29,038 nucleotides of DNA from a virus. Its lineage: Duplodnaviria > Caudoviricetes. Below are positions 7,850 through 17,304 of this stretch, piece by piece. The notes under the pieces are model-generated. The model was given only the letters and a program-made list of their open reading frames with translations. It was not told where the DNA came from and ran no database searches. The stretch lies in the IMG/VR virus record IMGVR_UViG_3300032247_000665, positions 1 through 29,038 of that record. One strand, given 5' to 3'. The number at the start of each line of letters is the position of its first letter. The stretch's first letter is position 1. The translations under genes and the position numbers were made by a program.

Positions 7850-9073
7850 TTAGAAGGGCTGTTCGTAGATTTCTTTCACAATACCCCGATTAATATCCCA
7901 ATCAAGGAAGAAATTAAAATCAGTACCGTGACGGTTCTTTCTACTAACTACTTCAATAATATTAGTGTCAGGCGTTCTATGTACCGCCATAGCCATATCA
8001 GCATCGTATTCAATAGCCTTTGACCAAGCAACTTGTGACAATAGTGGTGGAGCATCTTGATCTGATACATCATCCATTGTTGCTGCTGTAATATCAATAA
8101 CAGGGATGTTATTTCGCACCGCCAAGTTTTTGAACTCACGAGAGATATTCATATTACGCTCTGTTGGAGCTTTTGAGTTGTTGCTATCTGTAAACAATTG
8201 ATGGTAATCAAGGATTACGATATCTGGTTTATGCTGGTCAATCTTAGCTTGAACAGTTGTTGGAGTAACCTGACCAGAACCCTCGTTAGACACAAGGATA
8301 AAACCATTGGTATCCAAAAATTTTTTCTTAGCCCAAGACCCAAAATCATCTGGATTTACAGTAGCTTTAGCAAAATCTGATGCCTTAAATAAACCTGAGC
8401 CAAGCATAGTATAAATACGATCACGCATATTTTCGGGGGTCATTTCAAGAGACACGATCATTGGTTTAAATCCTTGTTCCCAAGCCTTGCAAGCAAGATA
8501 AGAACTCATCCAAGTCTTTCCACGACCTGCCCAACCAATCATAACAATTAGGTGTCCTGGAGCCATTCCAGTGGGGTATGCTAAATCAATAGCCTTAAAG
8601 CCAGTCATAATACCTGGACTTCCGCCCATTTCTGCTGAACGCTCACGAACTGCATCAAAATGCTTTTCTGCTAATTCATAGTCAGTCACATCTACATCTC
8701 GCACACTATTTGTAAGTCGTGTAAGTTTCATCAACTCTGAAGACATATCAGAAATAACTCGTGATGCAGCATTTGTCTTTAGACTATTTCCAGAATTAAG
8801 AAGCATATTTCGAATACGAGATGTAAGATAATCATTCTTAAGTTGGTCTAAGTAATATGCAGTTTCTCCCTTAACGGATACAGGCTCAAAATCCTTAAAC
8901 TTTTCCTGTAGTACCGATACATCTGGGACAGCACGAAACTTGTTATAATAAGATTTCAAACCATCCCAAACATCCTTATGCGATACAAACACATCATCAA
9001 TGTTCTCAGCAAGTACGGTTGAGATATCTTTGTTATTACATACTGACGAAATTAGGGCTGCTTCACTATTCAT
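7850..9073 (-). CDS. dnaB: DnaB-like replicative helicase
   Basis: TGFKAID, Walker A GWAGRGKT, SLEM, ILDYHQL, ISREFKNLA, IEYDADM, KNRHG. Confidence 0.93.
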   Translation of the reverse strand: MNSEAALISSVCNNKDISTVLAENIDDVFVSHKDVWDGLKSYYNKFRAVPDVSVLQEKFKDFEPVSVKGETAYYLDQLKNDYLTSRIRNMLLNSGNSLKTNAASRVISDMSSELMKLTRLTNSVRDVDVTDYELAEKHFDAVRERSAEMGGSPGIMTGFKAIDLAYPTGMAPGHLIVMIGWAGRGKTWMSSYLACKAWEQGFKPMIVSLEMTPENMRDRIYTMLGSGLFKASDFAKATVNPDDFGSWAKKKFLDTNGFILVSNEGSGQVTPTTVQAKIDQHKPDIVILDYHQLFTDSNNSKAPTERNMNISREFKNLAVRNNIPVIDITAATMDDVSDQDAPPLLSQVAWSKAIEYDADMAMAVHRTPDTNIIEVVSRKNRHGTDFNFFLDWDINRGIVKEIYEQPF

Positions 9074-9389
9074 TTTCTTCTACCATCTTTTTTGTTTGTT
9101 CCAGCAAAAATTTTCTGCGTTCTTTATCTTGTTGCAACTTTACCATATTTTCATCAATCTTGTCAAAATTGTAAAAAAACCAAGTTAAAGGATGACCTGG
9201 TTTTGTAATTTTAAAGTAATAGTCAAGTAGTTCTTTTGACCTATCATAGCCTACGCTATCTATTACATCCTGCATAGCCCACTTTTCTCTATGACGATTA
9301 ATATGTGGGGCTTTGGAATATTTATCCTGATATAACGCAACGTACTTGCTCACCAAAGCATGAGCAAGTTTAGCATCTTCCTTTGTCAT
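9066..9389 (-). CDS. hypothetical protein, possibly a helicase-associated factor
   Basis: Overlaps the dnaB start; helical; function inferred from position only. Confidence 0.7.
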   Translation of the reverse strand: MTKEDAKLAHALVSKYVALYQDKYSKAPHINRHREKWAMQDVIDSVGYDRSKELLDYYFKITKPGHPLTWFFYNFDKIDENMVKLQQDKERRKFLLEQTKKMVEENE

Positions 9390-9601
9390 TATTTCTTGTT
9401 ACCTTTAAGTTCGGCTTCTACTTCATTTGATTTTTCAATAAGCTTATTTTCTACAAACTCATAAACACGATCTGTTGCTTCGTTGACTGTCTCGCCTTGA
9501 CGTACAGCATCCTCTACACCAATAGAAATTCTAATGCTTTCATAATTGCCAAGGTTTCTAACAAATTCTAAATTAACTCTAACGCTTGTACTACTGTTCA
9601 T
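9389..9601 (-). CDS. conserved-looking phage hypothetical protein (RNLGNYESIRI)
   Basis: TAATG coupling to the next gene; beta-beta-alpha pattern. Confidence 0.75.
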   Translation of the reverse strand: MNSSTSVRVNLEFVRNLGNYESIRISIGVEDAVRQGETVNEATDRVYEFVENKLIEKSNEVEAELKGNKK

Positions 9602-9806
9602 CTTCCACCATATCTCTCAGGAATCCTAGTGAATTCCCTTTTTTACTATCTTTTACATTTGACAGCAATTCATATAGTAGCATAAGTCTATCGGATATAG
9701 CAAGCATATTTTCTAAATCATCTTTCTTTTTTGCAATCTTATAGGATTTTTGAAGAACCTCTAATGATGATTTTAAAATCTTTTTTGGATCGTTTTCCAA
9801 ACTCAT
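9591..9806 (-). CDS. hypothetical protein; likely start MSLENDPK at 9806 rather than 9881
   Basis: ATG at 9806 lies 5 nt after the upstream stop, which removes the long overlap. Confidence 0.6.
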   Translation of the reverse strand: MSLENDPKKILKSSLEVLQKSYKIAKKKDDLENMLAISDRLMLLYELLSNVKDSKKGNSLGFLRDMVEDEQ

Positions 9807-9810
9807 ACCG

Positions 9811-10323
9811 TTACCATTCTGGTTGTTTCCAAACAGGGACAAATTCTCCACTGTCATTCTTTGCATAAAGAACTTTTTCATTTTTCATAAGGGCTTCTAA
9901 TTCTGCCCTAGATGGAATATCACTTGGCGTAATTAATCCATCTTTTCTTGGTCTACCTCTGTGTACTGTTTTGAAGAAATCCTGCATTTCTCGCATATCA
10001 TCTTCACTAAAATAAACTTTTCCTGGGGTTCTTTTTTCATCAAGGGAATAGACTTGCTGGGGCTTTTTTATGTCCCCAGCCCGCCAATGCCTCTTGATAG
10101 TATCTGTAGATCTTCCAATTAATTTTGCTGCTTGTGTTACAGTATAGGCACTACCCTTATTTTTAGCTACATCAGATAAAGAGTATGCAACTCTTTTATC
10201 GTCAGCATAACTCCAAGCAATTAGCAGGTCTTCTGCACGATTGCGATGTAATGCTTTATGGAGATTGCCGTTTAAGTAAAAATATGATATTTTGACAGCT
10301 GTTTTTCTTTTTCTGACAACCAT
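9811..10323 (-). CDS. helix-turn-helix DNA-binding protein (MerR/Xis-like HTH)
   Basis: YTVTQAAKLIGRSTDTIKRHWRAGDI...YFSEDD; AT-hook-like RGRPRK. Confidence 0.75.
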   Translation of the reverse strand: MVVRKRKTAVKISYFYLNGNLHKALHRNRAEDLLIAWSYADDKRVAYSLSDVAKNKGSAYTVTQAAKLIGRSTDTIKRHWRAGDIKKPQQVYSLDEKRTPGKVYFSEDDMREMQDFFKTVHRGRPRKDGLITPSDIPSRAELEALMKNEKVLYAKNDSGEFVPVWKQPEW

Positions 10324-10454
10324 TGACCTAACACACTCTCATTTTTTTTAATCATCCATCTTTTTCCACACATGAAGCAGAATAGTTCTACCCTCATTTT
10401 TTGAGAAAAAACTCTATCTACAAATACTCTACCTTGACAATTCTTACAAAACAT
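10272..10454 (-). CDS. small zinc-ribbon protein
   Basis: CKNC...CFMCGKRW; ATG directly after the holin-like stop. Confidence 0.75.
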   Translation of the reverse strand: MFCKNCQGRVFVDRVFSQKMRVELFCFMCGKRWMIKKNESVLGQWLSEKEKQLSKYHIFT

Positions 10455-10769
10455 TTATCCCTTTGTAGGAATAAGATTAAACTTTGTCAGCCACGCATTA
10501 AAAGTTGTATTTTGTAGAGCATAAACGTAAACAAGCTGAGATGCTGTATAGATATAGGTAGAGTGTTTCGCAACATCTAGCAAATCTGTTGTTCCGTTCT
10601 TTAAAAAGTAAGCACTAGTATATCCAGTAAGCAAACTAAGTGCGCCAGCAATGGCATTTGAAGTCTTTGGTGAAAGATCAACTGTCTTCAACAAAGATGT
10701 TGTTAGAGTAACAAGAATACCTAATCCTAAAAATAGTAGGGATGTTGTTTGTGTATCTGTTAAATTCAT
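10455..10769 (-). CDS. holin-like membrane protein
   Basis: 104 aa with 2-3 hydrophobic helices; RBS AAGGAGA; pattern like actinophage holins. Confidence 0.55.
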   Translation of the reverse strand: MNLTDTQTTSLLFLGLGILVTLTTSLLKTVDLSPKTSNAIAGALSLLTGYTSAYFLKNGTTDLLDVAKHSTYIYTASQLVYVYALQNTTFNAWLTKFNLIPTKG

Positions 10770-10789
10770 TTTAATCTCCTTTAGATTAA

Positions 10790-11599
10790 TTAAACGGAAA
10801 ACTTTTTTCCGTCAACGTAGCAGGTATATTCGGGTGATACATGAATTAATTCAATATGAGGATATACACCATTTTCAATGTGAGCAATTGCGAATGCTTT
10901 TTGCCAATTATGATTGTTGGTATACATCATACCTTTAGATTTTTCATCACACATGTGACCAATTTCATAGCCCCTGAGTGTTTCACCCTTACCGCCATTT
11001 CGTAACTCGTATGTATTAAAGTATACACCAGCACGATGTGAATGTCCACGAATAATGGACACCCCAAAATTATCTACATCTTTACGAACAGATTCACCAG
11101 CATTTTGAGAGATAGCGTTTCCATGATGAACATGGATATCGCCAAATCTAAGTTTTGGTGGCTCGTTGTAATAAATGTATTCGTATCCCAAAGAGTCAAG
11201 TCCCCAGAGAGATTCTGGAGTTACTACATCAATATGTTCTGGGAGCTTTGCATCAACGTAATCAAATACACGAATATCATGATTTCCCAAAGCGGAAAAC
11301 AGTTGAGCATTTTTAGCAATCTTTCTAGTTTTAGTGTAAAATTCTTTTGCTAATTTTGCTTCATGTTGCATCAAGGGGACAATTTGCTCGCCATTATTGT
11401 CTTTATACATCTTAAGAAACTCTGCTGAACGCCCCTCTGTATACTTGCTGTAACAAGCTTGATCATCGGTATCCCCCAAATAATCAACTACATCTGGCTT
11501 GAACCATCGCATTACTTTAAACCATAATTCAATCATCTTGTCATCTTGATAGGGGAATTGCTGATCTGATGATAGCATCCACTTTAGATCGTTTGTCAT
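10790..11599 (-). CDS. calcineurin-like metallophosphoesterase
   Basis: SDQQ (DxH variant), LGDTDD, GNHD, HHG and GHSHR motifs. Confidence 0.88.
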   Translation of the reverse strand: MTNDLKWMLSSDQQFPYQDDKMIELWFKVMRWFKPDVVDYLGDTDDQACYSKYTEGRSAEFLKMYKDNNGEQIVPLMQHEAKLAKEFYTKTRKIAKNAQLFSALGNHDIRVFDYVDAKLPEHIDVVTPESLWGLDSLGYEYIYYNEPPKLRFGDIHVHHGNAISQNAGESVRKDVDNFGVSIIRGHSHRAGVYFNTYELRNGGKGETLRGYEIGHMCDEKSKGMMYTNNHNWQKAFAIAHIENGVYPHIELIHVSPEYTCYVDGKKFSV

Positions 11600-11610
11600 T
11601 TTATTGCTTT

Positions 11611-11868
11611 CTACTTGTGAGCTTTGTTATGTTGCTCTCTGGTACACAGAAATAAATTTTCTATTCTGTTATCTGTTTTATCTTCATTTATATGATGTAT
11701 AGTTTCCCACACATCTAAGATTCTGTCAAGAGTTTTTTCTATTACTAACCTATGTTCGTAATACCAACCCTTAAAAGATTTAGGATGCTCTGGTATTTTT
11801 ATCAGAACGTATCCCTCTTTAGAAATTTTGAAATCTCTTTTTGCCCAGGATTTCAAAACCCTGTACAT
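11611..11868 (-). CDS. HNH endonuclease (HNH_3-type, minimal)
   Basis: GYVLI..PEHP...YEHRLVIE...IHHINEDKTDNRIENL...H..AH. Confidence 0.85.
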   Translation of the reverse strand: MYRVLKSWAKRDFKISKEGYVLIKIPEHPKSFKGWYYEHRLVIEKTLDRILDVWETIHHINEDKTDNRIENLFLCTREQHNKAHK

Positions 11869-12296
11869 TAGTGATAACCAATAGCCGTAATATGAAGTTT
11901 TCCAACAACTAAATTAGTTGAAGCTGGTGATCCAGAAACCACCTTGATGGTAATACCTGCACTAGTTGTAGTTAAATTAGTAATAATTGGAACAACTCCA
12001 AAATTTGCATTATCCATCTGAATTGCAAAAGAAATAGTTGGCACTTCATTAAAGGTTAATCCATTTGCAAATGGAATTGTGTAGCTCTTGGATGTAGTTG
12101 AAAGGCTAAATGGAAGCGTAGTTGTATAAACAACAATACCTGAACTAGCCAAATCTCCAATAATTGGTAAATTCTTTACCGAAGTATTATCTAAACTAGA
12201 AACAAATAGTTGATTAAGATTTAACCTTTGAATCTCATTTATTGAATTTTGTAAATTATTAATCATTGATGTTGTAATAATATCATTATCTGCCAT
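11868..12296 (-). CDS. putative virion fibre-tip/lectin-like protein (gp53/H-type-lectin-like C-terminus)
   Basis: N-terminal short coiled coil, then IPF...FNEVPTISF...ITNLTTTSAGITI...LHITAIG. Confidence 0.55.
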   Translation of the reverse strand: MADNDIITTSMINNLQNSINEIQRLNLNQLFVSSLDNTSVKNLPIIGDLASSGIVVYTTTLPFSLSTTSKSYTIPFANGLTFNEVPTISFAIQMDNANFGVVPIITNLTTTSAGITIKVVSGSPASTNLVVGKLHITAIGYH

Positions 12297-12675
12297 TTAG
12301 ATGACCGCCTTCTTTTTGAAAATCTGCTTCTCGCTTACTAACAAGAACAACCTCGTGTTTTTTAAATCCTAATTCTTGTAAAGAATCTGGGTCAACAACG
12401 AGCATTTTTTTATTATCTACAATAAGATAAATTTTTGATGTAGAAACATCTCTAATCAAAGAGCCGTCTCTAAACCCAATAATTCCCGACAACTTAATAT
12501 CTGTCATTGCAGACTCTGTTGTTTTTACTTCACGAAGCCTCCAGGAAACTCTTGCCCTGTCGGAAATAAATTTAAACCTTTTATCCCCCTTGATGTAAAA
12601 GTATCCCTTTTCGGTATGGGCAATCATACCGCTAGGTACACGGGGATTGGAATTAATCCTTTGCCTTTTGAGCAT
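12286..12675 (-). CDS. hypothetical protein with two internal ~50-aa repeats
   Basis: G.IA......FYIKGDKRFKF versus GSLIR.....IYLIVDNKKMLV; overlaps both neighbours. Confidence 0.7.
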   Translation of the reverse strand: MLKRQRINSNPRVPSGMIAHTEKGYFYIKGDKRFKFISDRARVSWRLREVKTTESAMTDIKLSGIIGFRDGSLIRDVSTSKIYLIVDNKKMLVVDPDSLQELGFKKHEVVLVSKREADFQKEGGHLNGR

Positions 12676-12856
12676 TGATTAATGCACCCTGAAGTTCCTG
12701 AATACGCTGTTCACGAGCTTGAATTTCTTGTGTTGCTTGTGCCTTAAGCACCGCAAGGTTTGTCTCATACTGACTTGTAATCTGACCAATTCTATTTTGT
12801 AGTTCCTGCGCCAATAGCTCTAGCGTTGTGGTATCTACCTGTGTTTGTTCTGACAT
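12653..12856 (-). CDS. small coiled-coil protein
   Basis: Heptad-rich LAQELQNRIGQITSQYE...; RBS AAGGAGA and promoter upstream. Confidence 0.8.
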   Translation of the reverse strand: MSEQTQVDTTTLELLAQELQNRIGQITSQYETNLAVLKAQATQEIQAREQRIQELQGALINAQKAKD

Positions 12857-12883
12857 TTATATCTCCTTGTTGTCTGTTTACCT

Positions 12884-12912
12884 ATTGTACTATTTATTAA
12901 TTACTAATGCAA
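12884..12912 (-). promoter_or_regulatory. sigma70-type promoter downstream of the tail fibre gene
   Basis: TTGCAT (12912-12907)-17nt-TACAAT (12889-12884), followed by AAGGAGA RBS. Confidence 0.65.
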
Positions 12913-15900
12913 TTAATTGCTATATCCGTAAATTTTAATAGTTCCAGTATAATTAATGCTTGAAGAACTTGCTAATAAGGAGAAGCCATCAAATGCACTT
13001 GCAGATGTATTATAACCTGTGTGGGAAAGGGTATATGTTCCACCTGGATTTCCTATTAAATAGCTTTGAGAAACTACTTCTTTTCTACTAGTAGTTGTAG
13101 CAGGACCATATGCTTCTAAAACTAAATTTTGTCCAGTAGCCAAGTTTGCTGCTGTTGGACCATAAACAAAAGAATTACTAAAAAATGATGATGCGGTATA
13201 TCCTGAAGTAAAAGATGAATATCCTTGATATAAATTTGAGTATGTTGAAGCACCCAAAAAGTCAGATCCTGCTGCCCTAAAAGCAAATTTTATTGGACTA
13301 AAACTTGTGGAAGTAATTGAGCTAAAAGTTATAACAATTTTATAATTTGTGTAAGATGCACTAAATACATTATTAAAAGATATAGCTGATGCTGATGCAA
13401 ATGAAGCAGAATATACAAGTGCTCCCATTAATCCTGTAAGTCCCGCCCCGCTTCCAACAAAAGATGCTGCGGTAACTGTTCCAGATACTGAAGCAGATGT
13501 AGCAGTTATAGAACTAGATAAAGAAATTGTACTTGCAGAAATACTATTCAATCCAGACAAACTTGTTGATGTACCACCCAGTGCTGTTGAAGTTGAACCA
13601 ATTGTTATAGTTGACGCAGATAAAGCAGATGTTGGAATATTAGTAAGTCCTGCTCCATTACCAACAAATGATGCAGCAGTAATCTTTCCAGTTACAGATG
13701 CTGTTGCATTAAGGGTTAGGGCGGTATCTGTTGAACCACCAATTGTAATAGTATTATATGTTCCAGTAGCATTACCAATATTAATAACTTGTGGGGTGGA
13801 AGATAATGTTGCGCCAGATGCTCCAATATTAATTGTATTTTGTCCACCAGACCCGCCCAAAGTTGTAAATAAATTAAGTGTTCTAGTTCCCGTATTTCCT
13901 TGATTACCAATATTCATTATTGATGTACCATTATTTTGGAATCCAATAGTTAATGAACTTGCAGCACTAAATGCAGTAATGGTATTTGGTGTTGATAATA
14001 AATTAAAATTAGTAGATGATGAATTTAATATTCCACCAACAATTACAGAACCTACACTTGCTGCATACCCAACAGATGCACTTGTGTTATTGTATGCAGA
14101 ACTGCTTACATATGATTGTGTTGCTACGGATGCTCCACTTATGGCTAATGAAGTAAAGTTTCCAGTTCCCGCCGTTGTTGCACCAATATTAAAATTGTCA
14201 ATTGTTCCAACAGAAGAAGATAAAATGGTAAAACCACCACTAGATGTAATGATAATATTTCCAGCAGTATTTACTGATCCTGTAGCTGAAAGAGTTTTAA
14301 TATTTATATTTCCACCAACGGTGCTATATGCACTACCTGTTCCAGCCGTTGTTGTAATATTAATTGCTCCAGAACTGGCACTAACACTTGATCCAACATT
14401 AGTAGCTTGTGTTGTAATATTAATTGCTCCACCAAGTGCTGAAGAAGTACCACTTGTATTAAGTCCTAAAGTATATAAAGTTACTGCTGTTCCAGTGCTA
14501 TTTGTTGTTGTATTGCTTGCACTGAAACTATTAGCAATTGCTAAATTATATGCGTTTAGGGATGCAGAGTTGGCGTATGATTGAAGGGCATAACTACTGC
14601 TTACAATCCCTCCTAAACTTGCTGATGTTCCAGCACTTGATGAATATCCAGCACTTGATGAATTTGTAGCACTTGCCACAGTTCCAGTAAATGATGCTGC
14701 TATGATTGTATTTGCTCCAATATCAATATTTCCAGATACAAAGACATTGGCATTAAATGAAGCACTGCTGTTTGACGCACTATTTCCAAATACAAAATTC
14801 TTACTACTGGTTCCCGAACCAGTTCCAATATTAATACTTTGAGCACCTGTGGACAAAGTTCCAGTCAATATATTTACAATGTTACTTGCAGTTGATACGA
14901 AACCCGTTGCAATATTTACAATTCCAGTTCCATTAGTGACATACCCTGCTGCAATATTAACAGTATTTACTCCAGAAAAATCTCCAGGAGAAATGTTTGT
15001 AAACTTTGAGGTATTTGCAGAGCCTATATTGACTGAGGATGGTGTTGCAAAAATTGTTACTGCTGTGCTTGATGAATTTAAGCTTCCACTTGTAATATTG
15101 ATTGCAGTAAAGCTTCCACTTCCTGGAGTTATTCCACCTATGTTAAAGTTGTTTATTGTGCCAACATTAGTAGAGGAAATAGTAAATCCATTACCAGAAG
15201 ATAAAGTTATACTTCCTGGAGAACTTACTCCTCCACCAGTAGTTCTAATACTTATATTTCCTCCAGTAGAACCAACTGCACCAGCCCCAGTTACACTGGT
15301 TGAAATATTAATTGATCCAGAAGTTGCAGAAGTGTTTGCTCCAGAGTTTGAACCATTTGTTGTAATGCTAATTGCTCCACCTGTTGCTGTATTTGTTCCA
15401 GATTGTGCGGTTGCATTGGTGCTTAAACTTATTCCTCCACCAATATTATTAGTAACAGTATTATACGCATCAAGGATTGTACTAGTGCTATTTGCAGAAA
15501 TTGCTAAACTTGTTAGTCCACTTAAAGAGGCGGTTGTTTCACCCAAACCAATTACAGTAGATCCAATAGTAATAGAACCTGTAGTTGATGCAGTAATTCC
15601 TGTAAGTCCCGCCCCATTTCCTATAAATGATGCTGCGGTAATTGTTCCAGTTACGGATGCACTTCCTGTAATTGTAACTAGACCAGAAGAGTCTGACTTT
15701 ATTCTAAGATTTCCTGCTCCATCAGATATAAAAATAGAATTGTTTACTGGTGTTAAACCACCAGCAGAACCACTAAGTTCAGAACTTAAATTATAACTAC
15801 CAATAAAAACATTATTGGATCCATATTGAAGTTGAGTTCCAGCATAATATCCAAGAGCAATATTATTAGATCCACTAGTAAGAAGACCTAGAGACCAAAT

Positions 15901-17304
15901 TCCAACATTAACATTATTTCCATCTGGCATATTGTGGGTAGCATAATAATCTCCAATAGAAATATTTGTTAATCCTGTCCCGCCAAAATATACATTTCCT
16001 ATTTTTGATTGTTTATTTGAAAAGAAGTAATTTGCATATGTCCCACCGTCCGTATAAACTGAAAAAATATTAGATGTTGAACCAGTGTTACTAATTGATG
16101 AAAGATTAATTGGTTTTGTTGAGTCTGCTGGATTAACAGCAAAATAATTATCAAAACCAAAACTATTTGCAGTATTTCCAGGTTCTAATTGAATTGCATC
16201 TACAGCAATATCTGAACTTGCTAATTTATATCCAGAGCCACCAGGTGTATAGCCTTGAGCATTTATAATAGAAAAAGTATAATATTCTCCAGAAGCAGTA
16301 GTAAATGACCCTGATGCTCTTGTCCATGTTGTAGTATTGGTAGTAAATATACTAGATACCTGAGAACTAATAAGTGTTGCTGAACTAGTTCCTGGACCAT
16401 TATATTTATTAATTTTTAAATATATTAAAGCTGGTAATAGTGTAATGGTAGATCCCTCAATAATTTCAGATTTTAAATCTTGTACATATACAGACAGAGT
16501 ATAATTACTTCCAGAAGATATTCCTAAATCTGATTGCGAAAATGCAATTTTTGATGAAGCAGTTTTGAACATAGTCATTTCCATACTGCTTGCAGAAATA
16601 TTTGAAGAATTTCCGACACCAAAAACTGAAAATCTTGCATATCTTAATCCAGCTTGTATAGGATTTAGGGTTTCATCATTAACAAGTTCAAGACCTTTGT
16701 CTGTTCTTCCAAAGTAATTTGCTGATGCAGTCCAATAGTCCTCCCACTGATCTTCAAATGATGGGTCAAAACTAGTTAATTTGTTAAAAAGTGTACTTGC
16801 AGATAAACTAGAATTATTAATTAAAAATCCACCAATTTGTCCTGAATTGGCATACACGGTTCCTCTAAAATAAGCATTACCTGATGCTGTGTCAAGGAAG
16901 AAGTTAGCTTGTCCTGAAGATGCTGTTGATAACTGATATCCTAAAATACCAGTGCTATTTATAACTACCGCCCCAGTATTTGCTGTGCCCGTTAATTTAG
17001 CAATAGAACTTGCCGTACCATTCCAAACATTTCCAAGATTTAATGCACCCGCATTTGCAGCACCATTTGCATTTAAACCTCCAGCAATTAATGCTCCGCC
17101 TGTAGCACTTGATGAATTTGGTGCAAGTGCGGTAACTACAGAATTGTTTGTTGCTGTTAATTGTGTGCCATCTACATTAGTGGCAGGGACTGTAAATGAA
17201 TATCCAAAAGAATATTGGGAGTAGTTACCTTCTTCATCTACTGCTCTTACCTTTGCTACATAAGTTTTTCCTGGCTTTAACTTTGTTAGATTAATACTAG
17301 CCAT
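12913..17304 (-). CDS. large modular tail fibre / receptor-binding protein
   Basis: N-terminal FN3-like strand set (LKPGKTYVAKVRAVD..GNYS); GNAYFRGTVYANSGQIGGF; carbohydrate-binding-module-like segment (PSFE...YTLSVYV...WTR...DAIQLE.G); YadA-head-like N.A.G repeats; Gly/Ser/Thr/Asn beta repeats; C-terminal globular domain ending GTIKIYGY. Confidence 0.85.
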   Translation of the reverse strand: MASINLTKLKPGKTYVAKVRAVDEEGNYSQYSFGYSFTVPATNVDGTQLTATNNSVVTALAPNSSSATGGALIAGGLNANGAANAGALNLGNVWNGTASSIAKLTGTANTGAVVINSTGILGYQLSTASSGQANFFLDTASGNAYFRGTVYANSGQIGGFLINNSSLSASTLFNKLTSFDPSFEDQWEDYWTASANYFGRTDKGLELVNDETLNPIQAGLRYARFSVFGVGNSSNISASSMEMTMFKTASSKIAFSQSDLGISSGSNYTLSVYVQDLKSEIIEGSTITLLPALIYLKINKYNGPGTSSATLISSQVSSIFTTNTTTWTRASGSFTTASGEYYTFSIINAQGYTPGGSGYKLASSDIAVDAIQLEPGNTANSFGFDNYFAVNPADSTKPINLSSISNTGSTSNIFSVYTDGGTYANYFFSNKQSKIGNVYFGGTGLTNISIGDYYATHNMPDGNNVNVGIWSLGLLTSGSNNIALGYYAGTQLQYGSNNVFIGSYNLSSELSGSAGGLTPVNNSIFISDGAGNLRIKSDSSGLVTITGSASVTGTITAASFIGNGAGLTGITASTTGSITIGSTVIGLGETTASLSGLTSLAISANSTSTILDAYNTVTNNIGGGISLSTNATAQSGTNTATGGAISITTNGSNSGANTSATSGSINISTSVTGAGAVGSTGGNISIRTTGGGVSSPGSITLSSGNGFTISSTNVGTINNFNIGGITPGSGSFTAINITSGSLNSSSTAVTIFATPSSVNIGSANTSKFTNISPGDFSGVNTVNIAAGYVTNGTGIVNIATGFVSTASNIVNILTGTLSTGAQSINIGTGSGTSSKNFVFGNSASNSSASFNANVFVSGNIDIGANTIIAASFTGTVASATNSSSAGYSSSAGTSASLGGIVSSSYALQSYANSASLNAYNLAIANSFSASNTTTNSTGTAVTLYTLGLNTSGTSSALGGAINITTQATNVGSSVSASSGAINITTTAGTGSAYSTVGGNINIKTLSATGSVNTAGNIIITSSGGFTILSSSVGTIDNFNIGATTAGTGNFTSLAISGASVATQSYVSSSAYNNTSASVGYAASVGSVIVGGILNSSSTNFNLLSTPNTITAFSAASSLTIGFQNNGTSIMNIGNQGNTGTRTLNLFTTLGGSGGQNTINIGASGATLSSTPQVINIGNATGTYNTITIGGSTDTALTLNATASVTGKITAASFVGNGAGLTNIPTSALSASTITIGSTSTALGGTSTSLSGLNSISASTISLSSSITATSASVSGTVTAASFVGSGAGLTGLMGALVYSASFASASAISFNNVFSASYTNYKIVITFSSITSTSFSPIKFAFRAAGSDFLGASTYSNLYQGYSSFTSGYTASSFFSNSFVYGPTAANLATGQNLVLEAYGPATTTSRKEVVSQSYLIGNPGGTYTLSHTGYNTSASAFDGFSLLASSSSINYTGTIKIYGYSN
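13435..15660 (-). repeat. three copies of the ASV(T/S)G.(I/V)TAASF.G.GAGLT peptide repeat in the tail fibre
   Basis: Copies near 15598-15660, 13643-13701 and 13435-13494; the first and third share TCCTGTAAGTCCCGCCCC on the + strand. Confidence 0.8.
14630..14675. repeat. 18-bp-period coding tandem repeat (~2.5 copies)
   Basis: CCAGCACTTGATGAAT at 14630 and 14648, partial AGCACTTG at 14668; encodes SATNSSSAGYSSSAG. Confidence 0.7.

Noticed and set aside
55-11353. Short plus-strand and nested minus-strand ORFs inside recA, dnaE, SSB, dnaB and the phosphoesterase
   Set aside because: Overlap well-supported genes and have no recognisable motifs
12913-13440. Diversity-generating retroelement target at the fibre C-terminus
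   Set aside because: No reverse transcriptase and no near-identical template repeat differing at adenines seen in the window
13979-17224. Long plus-strand ORFs (13979-14584, 14849-15796, 16952-17224)
   Set aside because: Antisense shadows of the Gly/Ser/Thr/Asn-rich fibre gene, caused by codon bias; no RBS, and Val/Pro/Leu-rich mirror composition
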